A program made the translations under genes and the position numbers. Under the pieces are notes generated by a model, which saw only the letters and a list, made by a program, of their open reading frames with translations, was not told where the DNA came from and ran no database searches. From assembly GCA_951406725.2 (NCBI GenBank), contig OX597822.1, positions 70,184,001 to 70,248,000 on the forward strand: a DNA stretch of 64,000 nt, in the 5' to 3' direction. Positions 53,996 to 64,000 of the stretch are shown piece after piece. Position 1 is the stretch's first letter. Each line of letters starts with the position of its first letter. The stretch comes from Octopus vulgaris (taxonomy: Eukaryota).

Positions 53996-56900
53996 GATAG
54001 TTATATGTTCTGGTCAGTTGTATACTATGACTGGGAATATACAGCTTCATAATATAAAAGTGTGTCTGTGTGTGTGTGGTGTGTGTGTGAATAGATAATG
54101 GGGAAAATATAACTAGTCACCCTGGCTGGCTGCATGAAAATTTAATAGTAAAGTGGGTACTAGCATACTTATGTGAATATATAAAATAATTAATTAGTTT
54201 CCAAGTATAACAAATAGTCACTTGTTCATTGTTAAGTCATCAGATGTATCCCTTAAAGTGTGCTTGCCTTCTTGACTTCTAGACAAGGGTCTTTTAAGGC
54301 AAGATCTACTCTGTTGCATTTCCATTACCTATTTTGGGGATCATGAGAGGGTTTAGGTTCAGCACTCTCAGCAAATGAAATACTCATTGTTATACAGTAA
54401 TTACTGTTTGAATATTTAAATTGTGTCCCCACACATAACATCTTTGTACTTCTGAGAGAATTGGGGGACTTTACCAAGGATTTTTAGAGGTTGACTCTTA
54501 TACTACCCTATTACCCACCGTCTGTCTCCCAAGATGTGTGTGCACACAGACAGACAAGTGTTAAACTGAGTGGCTGTGTTCCCAGAAATAGCTTGTTGCA
54601 GAATATTTGCAATGAATAGTTTTTTAAAATGAATAGTTTTTGATGTTAATATATAAGATTAACTCAAAATATCTCAGAAATACAGCATAATTAAAAATCA
54701 AATACTCTAATGTAAGTATATTTAATTATTTCCAAAATGCTTAACTAAGAATGCGTTCGATTTTATTTTGGGTTTAATGACTAAAGTTGCTTTCATTTAT
54801 GTTATTAAAAACTGGCCAATAGTTTTCAGTGACTGATACTTAGAGTCAGAAGATAATTGAAGTTTTTATACTAAAATGTTCATTGGTTTGATCTCTATCT
54901 AAACACATTAATTCCATCCCATTGAATACAATTATTCTCCATCAACATGATTTGTGATTTTCTTACACCAGCTATTAAAGTTAGTGAATTAAGAAACTTA
55001 ATCTCTGTGTGGAAGTAATACCAATTAGATATCTATTTTGTTTCTTATTAGTCTTAAGTATTTGAATGTATTTATTGTTTCGAGAACTTTGGCCCACTCT
55101 TAAAAGTTAAGAAGTGTTTCTAGCTGTCTTATCCGAAAGTTCAATACTGTTTCCTGTTTGAGCAATTCTTGTCAAAACACGCTCACTACTTCTTCATTTT
55201 TCAATTAAGTTACTTCTCATTTTTTTTACATTAAAATTTCCAGTTATCAATTCTATGTCAATTGATTACAACTGTCAAGGTTGTCAAATATTAAACTGAA
55301 TTTCTTTTTCTTTTTATTTTAAATTAATTTATTTTTCCTACTGATAAAACATTTTTATAAATTCAACCACCATATATAACTGCATATGTATAGGTTGCTT
55401 GGCCTGCTTGAAATAGAAGCCAGTTGTACTTCAAATCATATTCTGCTGTCTTAGAAAAGGTTATGTTGAATAATTTAGTCCCTGGTCCTCTTCACTATAT
55501 ACACCATCCTGTAATTTGGGTGTATGGCCTTTGTACCATTCTCTATCACATTTTCACCATCTTTCTCCACTCTCTCTCTGTCCCCATCTAAGGTAGCCAT
55601 GTCTCTCTTTGAGTGTGAGACACCTTTTTCCCCCCCTCAATATTACTCACCCCACTTGAAAGGTCTTGTACTGCATGTTACTTGGTGGCCTCACTACTAC
55701 TGGTGCTACTTTAAAAATCACCCAATGCATTCTGTAAAGTGGTTGGCATTAGGAAGTGCATCTGGTCATAGAAACCATATCAAAACAGTCAGCAGAGCTT
55801 GGTGCGGTCTTCTGACTTGCCAGTTCCTGTTAAACCATCCTATCTACTATACCAGTATGGAAAACAGATGTTACATGATGGTGATGATAATGATGATTTT
55901 CTTGCATATAGGCAAAAGACAGGATGACCAAGGCTGGAAGGCCTTTAATCATAAACCTGCTTGATCCAGATAGATCTGGAGCTAAACAACAACAATACCA
56001 ACAACAGCAATACCAACAACAACATATGCCATAAATGCCATGGCTATTGTTCTGGTGTGGTCCTATTGAATTTACCTATGCTTTTTCTCTCATTTTTCTT
56101 TGTTGTTATTCTTTCAATTATATCCAGCTGTGGTGGATATAATTATTTCAATGCAAATGCATATCGTTTTACATTCATCAGATATACTGTTTTGATAAAA
56201 CCTTCTATTTAAATTAGTTTCTGTTTGCTATTTAGCCTATATCTGCTTTTGGCAAACGGTGACCACCAATTTCACACAGTTAAAATTCTATTAATAATGG
56301 TAATGAAATAAGACAGCACTCATTGTGAAATTAGTTCTTCTGCTGACCTGGAAAGTTAGGTCAGTTTAGTTAATGATAAGGTGAAGTTTGAATTATTGCC
56401 AGTATAAATGCTAAAGTTTATTTGTAATAACAGAGAGGGTTCATACAAAGGCTTAAAGACTCATTACTATACAAACTCTGTGCAAGGAGCAGCTGGGAGA
56501 GATTTAATATTAGATTGGCGTTGAAATTAGGAAGTACCATTAATTACCAACTTCAGTTATTGGAAGAGAAAGCTGGAATTATCAAACAATAATAAGCGAG
56601 AAGGAAGTGGTATCAAGAGGCTTGTTTAGTTAGGATTCTTCTGCTATTTGATCCTTGAATTTGCTGTTGTGTAAAGTTGACTCAGTTTTGAAGTGTGTAG
56701 GAGTGTGCGCTTGCGATGCATTTGTGTGTGGGTGCCTGTTCGTCTGCGTGCATGTGCGTGCATGCAGTTATTTGCTAATTTGCTGTTTCCTGAAAATGCT
56801 TATTGATGCTGATTCAGCTCTGGAGGCTATTAAACTAAACCTGATTTTGGATTGGATTAACTGCATTGATTAGCCATATTCACTTTTAGAGATGTAGCTA

Positions 56901-57456
56901 TTGTATTTAAAGTAGTAATGTTCTGTTAATGTTAGCATAAAGGAGGCTTCTATATAAAGGCTTTTCCTTGACTTAGGAACTTGAGTGGCTGTATAAAAAG
57001 AGCTGATTTGAATGTGAGCATTAAGTTAGTAATCTAAAATGTCTGGCAATAACAAAAATAAACTTCATTTGAAGACTTATCAACTATTCCACACAATAAA
57101 TCTATTAATTTCTGGGCTTCACTGCTTTAATGCCTTCTAAACTAGGTTATACTGACATGCTTTCACCAAAGTGGAATTACTCAGTAACATATGCACACAC
57201 ACACACACACACACACACCTATATCATCATTATCATTATCATCATCATTTAGTGTCCCTTGTTTCCAATCTTCCATGGAAAGATGTCTGAACATGGGGGA
57301 ATTATTACTTTGCTTGGAGACAGGGGGTAGTCAGTGATAGAATGGACAGCCAGCAGTTGAATAACTGCCTTGATAAATTTCATCTAACCCATGCAAGTAT
57401 AGATAAGTGAATGTTCAAACAATGGATAATTTTATATATATATATATGTGTGTGTG

Positions 57457-57820
57457 TGGCTGTGTGGTAAGTAGCTTGCTTACCAACCACATGGTTCCAG
57501 GTTCAATCCCACTGCATGGCACCTAGGGCAAGTGTCTTCAACTATAGCCATGGGCCGACCAAAACCTTGCAAGTGGATTTGGTAGAAGGAAACTGAAAGA
57601 AGCCCATCGTATATATGTATATGTGTGTTTGTCCCCCCAACATCGCTTGACAACTAATGTTGGTGTGTTCACGTTCCCATAACCTAGCGGTTCAGCAAAA
57701 GAAACTAATAGAATAAGTACCAGGCTTCCAAAGAATAAGTCCTGGGGTTGATTTGTTCGACTAAAGGCGGTGCTCCAGCATGGCCGCAGTCAAACAACTG
57801 AAACAAATAACAGAATAAAA

Positions 57821-57822
<2 letters not shown>
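57457..57822 (+). mobile_element. SINE family B
   Basis: Colinear with 59608-60050. Confidence 0.85.
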
Positions 57823-57872
<50 letters not shown>

Positions 57873-57880
57873 TTATTAAT

Positions 57881-58038
57881 AATAAGTAGAATGAAGAATT
57901 TGAGCATTCAAACTTTGTCTATTTCCAGTTAGTTTATTCATAATAATTGTCCGAAACAGGTGTCAGACAATTATTATGAATAAACTAACTGGAAATAAAC
58001 TTAAAGCTTGAATGTTAAAATTTTTCATTCTCCTTATT
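57881..58038. repeat. Long inverted repeat/hairpin (about 71-bp arms, inner 32 bp perfect, 14-nt spacer)
   Basis: 57920-57951 TATTTCCAGTTAGTTTATTCATAATAATTGTC is the exact reverse complement of 57966-57997. The outer arms pair with mismatches. Confidence 0.95.
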
Positions 58039-58470
58039 GTCAATATTGTACTTTACACTCTAAGTGGCCAAGAAATAGACTGCAACATCAGATAGTAGAG
58101 GAAGTTTACCAAAAGCACACCATCTGAAGGAACCAGCCTTGGCATTTTTCTGAGAGAAATTCGGTATCTGCCTGGATATTATATCCCTCCTCTTACTATA
58201 TATACATATTATGCAAAAGTATTGTAAGTCCAAAACGTTGCTTTTTCAGAAAACGTAAAAATAGTTTCAAGATTCCATAGCAAAACCATTGTACTACACT
58301 TTGACAATTTTTGATATCTTGGCATCTGAAGCAGCTGGAGATACAATTGTTTGACCTAAAGAACTGGTTAATGCAAGCAAAAATAAATATTGAAAAAAAA
58401 AATGCATTTGGCCAAATTTGGACATACAACAGTTCAACATAATAGCAATGATATTTATTTACACACATGC

Positions 58471-58525
<55 letters not shown>

Positions 58526-59607
58526 AAATCTAATATAAAATTATTTTCTGATCCTAAAGACCGTGAAGGTCAGTTAGTTTTGTGAATTTGTTAATTTTGT
58601 CGGTCGGAGCCCAATGCTGGCTGTAAAAGATTTCAGTTATGGTATCTATTTGCAGCTTGGTAGACTGAGCTGTTTGAAAGGTGTGTGTGTGTGTGTGTTG
58701 GTCACAGTTACAATGAAATGGCTGTGACACTAGACAGTGGCCAAGTACTAATCTCCAACCGCCACTCACTGACACTCCAAAATCTGACTCACAGGCCAGC
58801 ATTCCTCCTTGTTAGTTTCTTCTTTGACTGCCATGACCTCTGCTCTTCTAAACATGCCAACTTTATACAACACCTACATAAGTCAAACACAATACATCTA
58901 CTTTTTTTCTTCACCTCCAACTTAAAATATTTTGCTTGACCTGCAGATCCTTGACTAATCTTTCATCTGTCTAATCCTTCTTCACAGCTACATCCTATGG
59001 ATCCTTCCTTCTTTAATTTTAATTAGCATTTCCCCTTTCTCTGTCGTTGTCGTCCTCCCCTCCCCTTTTACTTCTCTCTCCATTAACTGCTAACTTACAA
59101 CAGTTTAATTTAAACATTAACTTGGTCATTCAGTTATTCATATCATCTACAAGTCTCTGTGTACCTAGAGAGAGAGAGAGAGAAAGAAAAAGGCTATGGG
59201 CATTGCACTACTTTTTCTCAATTCATAACCTAATCAATAAAAAGTATCAAATCATTGTTCTAGAATTTCCTTCTACGTTGTTTTGTTTCTTTTTCTCTCA
59301 TTCACAGTAACTATTTATTTAACTGATTTTCACAATTAATTCAATCCTAGTTTTGTATTCTCTCAACTTTTCTCTCTGGTGTAATTCACTGATGGAAATA
59401 TTCGACTGACATTATGCAGTTGCTTTATTAATTTATTTAATTATTTAATTATCTTTTCATTTTTATATATATATTTTAATTTGTTTGTTTAAAAATTTTT
59501 TTTTTAAATTTCAACTTTATTTCTTATTCAAAAAATTCCTTGTTTTTGTCTTCAACTATTAACTGTTTCATAATGCCTGGATGCACGTTTGGTTTCAGAG
59601 TTACTAT

Positions 59608-59771
59608 AGGTGCAAGAGTGGCTGTGTAGTAAGTAGTTTGCTTACCAACCACATGGTTCCGGGTTCAGTCCCACTGCATGGCACCTTGGGCAAGTGTCTT
59701 CTACTATAGCCTTGGGCTGACCAAAGCCTTGTGAGTGGATTTGGTAGGCGGAAACTGAAAGAAGCCCGTCG

Positions 59772-59822
<51 letters not shown>

Positions 59823-60050
59823 ATGTAAGTATGTATGTATATGTTTGTGCCTGTGTTTGTCACCCCAACATCGCTTGACAACCAATGCTGGTGTGTTTAT
59901 GTACCCGTCACTTAGCGGCTCTGCAAGAGAGACTGATAGAATAAGTACTATGCTTACAAAGAATAAGTCCGGGGGTTGATTTGTTCAACTAAAGGCGGTG
60001 CTCCAGCATGGCTGCAGTCAAATGACTGAAACAAATAAAAGAATAAAAGA
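59608..60050 (+). mobile_element. SINE family B, full length (tRNA-like head, central (TA)n/(TG)n, AAAAGAAT tail)
   Basis: TGGCTGTGTAGTAAG (box A-like), GGTTCAGTCCC (box B-like), ACCTTGGGCAAGT and CCAGCATGGCTGCAGTCAAATGACTGAAAC; the pattern recurs many times in the window. Confidence 0.85.
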
Positions 60051-61675
60051 AATAGTTCTTAATTGATTAAAAAAAAAAGCCAAGCAACAACTCTATGTGT
60101 GTATATATATATATGAGTGTATATTGGACAGCTGGTTGAGTCTGTAGGGTGTTAAATTACTAAACAGAATGTAATACCATTGTGCATTGTTCATAGCTAA
60201 GATGCATAACTCTGGTTCAGCCTATCACACCATTAGTAGGAACCACTGGTATGAACAGTTTACTGCTGCTGTTAAGGTGAATTATATTAAATAGCTAGAG
60301 CACTGTTTAATAATGAAGTATTTCAGCTGAAATCTTTCAATGGGTTTGGAGAAAGCAATGGAAGGCGTTCCTCAGTCCTGAATTCCTAATTCTTTCAGTT
60401 AGCTTTGGCCATTAAACCCAGACTTTGGTACTCATTAAAACTGGATTCTGTATGTAGGGCAATTCAGTTAGCTACGTTCTGATTATTGGTGGATTTAATA
60501 ATATATTATTTTCTGATGTTGCAGTTATTCACACCAATTATTGTGGGCTGTATCAATAACTATAGTCATTTTTCTAAATTTGAACTATTCATAAGAAATT
60601 TATAATGAGACACATCACACATTTGTTGAAATTACAGGAATGCTTTATGTAAATGGACTAAGTAGTCTTAGTGGGTGCTGGTATACCCTTGTGATCGAGT
60701 CATTTACTTTACAATCATATGATCCAGGATTGGATCCTACTATGTAGGCAGCACCTTGGGGTAAGGTTTTCTGCTGTAACCTCTGGTTGACCTTAAGCCC
60801 TAGAAATTATATGATTGATGGAAATTTTGTCTAGAAATCTATTGGATACACTGTATTTGGTGAGTTGTGGTGTCACCTTTTTTTCCTCCACACCCTGCAA
60901 TAAGTCAATAGTGCTGCAAAAAAAAAAAAAGGAAAGAAAGAAAAAGAAGAAAAATTAGTGTATTTTATTTCAATATGTAAGTTCGGATATGGCTATAAGC
61001 ACAGGTATAACAATGGTTAAGGAACTTACTTTGCAACCATATGGTTTTGGGTTCAGTCCCACCGTATGACACCATGGGCAAATGTCTTCTATTATAGCTC
61101 CAGACTGACCAATACCTTGTGAGTCAATTTGATATGTGGAAACTGTGGAAGCCTATTGTAAACATGTCTGTGTTCCCTACCCCTGCTACTTGATAACTAG
61201 TGTTGGTTTGTTTACATCCCCATAACTTAGTATTTGGCAAAAGATATCAATAGAATTATTACCAAACTTAAAAAGAAAAAATAATCACTGGGGTTGATTT
61301 ATTTGACTAAACCCTTCAAGGCAGTGCCCCAGCATGGCCACAGTCCAATGACTGAAACCAATAAAATACAAGATATTTTCCTAGCAGTTCAAATGCAATT
61401 ATTTTGTCTGTATTTCCCTTTGACTACAGTTCATCCTGATGGGGCTGAATGGGGTCGGACACAATCAAACAACAACTGTTTCCTGGTGTCATCAGTCTGG
61501 TCAGCATTGTCCATCTCCTCTTACATATTAGCAGCCTTGTGCTGACATGGAGAATAATTATTATAATTTCTATTTTTATGAAAAAAGTGCTCATTATTTT
61601 ACCACTATGTTGCTATGAATTTAGAAGTGATGTTTTCTTTTAGGTCACAGACCTTTTTTTGTGAGAAGTACAGAT

Positions 61676-62323
61676 CAGTGGTTCTCAATCTTCCACCTAT
61701 GGACTCCTTTGATTCCTATTATACTCGGATGGACCCACATAGCCATTTGATGTTTCTAAAAATCCTAATATATTTTTATAATTTTGTATAATTAGGAATT
61801 GTATAAAAAAATTTGTTAAAATTAGGGTCAGGGATGGCTGTGTGTTAAGAAGCTTGCTTCCCAACCACGTGGTTCCGGGTTCAGTCCCACTGTGTAGCAC
61901 CTGTAGCACCTTGAGCAAGTGTCTTCTACTATAGCCTCGGGGCGACCAAAGCTTTGTGAGTGGATTTGATAGATGGAAACTGAAAGAAGCCCATCGTATA
62001 TATCTATCTATATATGTATATACTTGTGCATCTGTGTTTTCCCCCCACCATCACTTGACAACCGATGTTGGTGTGTTTATGTCCCCATAACTTAGCAGTT
62101 CAGCAAAATAGACTGATAGAATAAGTACTAGGCTTAAAAAGAATAAGTCCTGGGGGTCGATTCGTTCAACTAAAGGTGGTGCTCCAGCATGGCCGCAGTC
62201 AAATGACTGAAACAAGTAAAAGAGTAAAAGAGTACAAAATATCGTTTGTATTGACAAGTATAACTAATTTATTGCACATAGATTTTAACAAAATCTTACA
62301 CAGACCCTGCTTGAGAACTACTG
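61676..62323. mobile_element. hAT-type MITE with a nested SINE
   Basis: TIRs CAGTGGTTCTCAA / TTGAGAACTACTG. 8-bp TSD GTACAGAT (61668-61675) / GTATAGAT (62324-62331), one mismatch. A SINE is inserted at about 61830-62232. Confidence 0.88.
61830..62232 (+). mobile_element. SINE family B nested in a hAT MITE
   Basis: Colinear with 59608-60050. An older copy lies at about 61005-61370. Confidence 0.85.
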
Positions 62324-62649
62324 GTATAGATTCCATTTGAAGCACTAAATGACTTGTGATTGTCTTATTGGTCCTAGACAGATGAAAGGCAACATCAATT
62401 CTGATAGGCTATGAACTCTCTGAATATAAAGAGATGAGGCTAAATGCTGCAAGGCAGTTTACTCTACCACTCTACCCAGCAACTCTGGCATTGACTAAGA
62501 ATAATAAATAATATATTCATAAATCTTCGTTGATTAGGTAATTAATTAAAAGCAACATTAAATACATGAAAGCAAGCGATTTTAATAGTAATGTGTGTTA
62601 AATTGATTTTAGATTCAAAATTTATTTATTTTTTCTTCTTAAATTGCAG

Positions 62650-62698
62650 TTGGTGATGGAATTCTGCGGTGCTGGTTCTGTCACAGATTTAGTTAAAG
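62650..62698 (+). CDS. msn: Internal coding exon (49 nt) of the same kinase, gatekeeper/hinge: LVMEFCGAGSVTDLVK plus 1 nt
   Basis: Acceptor ttttcttcttaaattgcag ends at 62649 and donor gtgagt starts at 62699 (phase 0/1). It continues directly from DDQLW as in MAP4K4/TNIK/MINK1. Confidence 0.96.
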
Positions 62699-64000
62699 GT
62701 GAGTATATTAAAATTTTCTAGACCTCTATCATCATCATCATCATCATCTAACATCCGCTTTCCATGCTGGCATGGGTTGGATGGTTTGACTGAGGACTGG
62801 TGAGCCAGATGGCTGCACCAGGCCCCAATCTGATCTATCTATCACATTTATCTAAAGTATTCTCCAGGTTGGTGAAATTACAGTGTCTGTGTGACTAATA
62901 ATGTTCAAGGAAGAGCTCGTCAGCAGTGCGATCCAACATGATGTTGTTAATTTGCTTAGGCTGGAGAAGTAGTAATCTGGTAAAATGCTGTTAGTTTTAG
63001 TGAGGTTAGCAAGAAGACATGAGTGTTGTATCAGGGCAAGACCAAAGCCAGTTGGACTGTAGTGCAGTGATAAAACTGGCGCTCTGATGACAAGGTTCCC
63101 TATTGGTCTGATCAACGGAATAGGCTGCTTGTGAAATTAAAATGCAAGTGCCTGGGCATTCCATAGACTTGCATATCTTTAACATAGCTCTCAGGGAGAT
63201 TCAGCATGAAACAGAATGTGGCAATGCTGGTCCTTTGAATTACAGGTACAATTCATTTTTGCTAGCTGAGTAGACTGGATCATCATCATCATCATCATCA
63301 TCATCACCATTTAATGATGTGAAGAGTTGGCTAGTATTTCTAGCAGGTGGAACAACCATGCAGAGGCTCTGTTAGCTCAATAACTCAAGTATTGTTTGTG
63401 ATATTGACAAAACTGTTATAATGTACAGCCACAAGTTTGCTTGTCAATCTAAATTCGGTTTTGAAGATACGAGACACACCACACTGCATGTATATTATCT
63501 CTGACATAGAAGGTGATGGAATATTTTCACAGCTTCTGAAATGAGATCATTTCAGTTCTTTTATTAGTCTGACAGAGCTTTGAGGTTTTATAATGGCTTT
63601 TGGCCATGTGTTCAATATTTGAAAGACCATAATGATCAAAGCTGTTCTGTACATTTTTGCATGTGTTTGGTGCTAAGTGCTACTGGGTGAGAACCATACC
63701 AGTTTTTGTGTGATAATCAGGAGTGGTTAGTCAAGAAAGAAGGAGCCAAAGTATTGATACCAAAGACGTCCTACATGATTCTGTCTTTGAAACTCCTATA
63801 AGATTATGATGACCATTCATGCTTACATCCTCACCACAGAATTTTTCTTTATCGTTTCTCGAAATTTAACTCCATAAATGTATACAGCTAGTTGGTATGC
63901 AGTCGTCGTCGTTAGAGAACTCGCATAATTATTTAATACGGCGTCATCCATTTATCACAGACTGACGAGCGGAATTTTTTTTCTAACTACTCAAAGTAAA

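Noticed and set aside
59604-59979. Recurrent ORFs such as RRASFSFRLPNPLTRLW and DTCPRCHAVGLNPEPCGW found at many loci
   Set aside because: They are translations of SINE family B, not a gene family.

Overview
AT-rich, microsatellite- and SINE-saturated animal genomic DNA. The repeat families suggest a coleoid cephalopod (Octopus-like); this is inference. Nearly all ORFs in the supplied track are microsatellite or SINE read-through. The only host coding sequence I can support is three small + strand exons (39979-40023, 49872-49952, 62650-62698). They splice in frame to give [58 protein letters not shown], kinase subdomains III-V of a Misshapen/MAP4K4/MINK1/TNIK (GCK-IV Ste20) kinase. I did not find the upstream exons, so the window appears to lie inside this gene's very large introns. 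The introns hold a Helitron Pif1-helicase relic, a hAT transposase relic, hAT MITEs with 8-bp TSDs, TTAA piggyBac-type MITEs, two R4/Dong-like RLE retrotransposon fragments beside (TAA)n, and dozens of SINEs and LINE tails. The observations most worth checking are two degenerate hammerhead-ribozyme-like motifs in Penelope-like inserts, a 158-bp hairpin with half a hammerhead core at its apex, a candidate recursive splice site or alternative first exon at about 9.9 kb, and probable extra introns relative to vertebrates. I cannot establish a new biological system from the sequence alone. SINE and relic boundaries are approximate unless TSDs are quoted.
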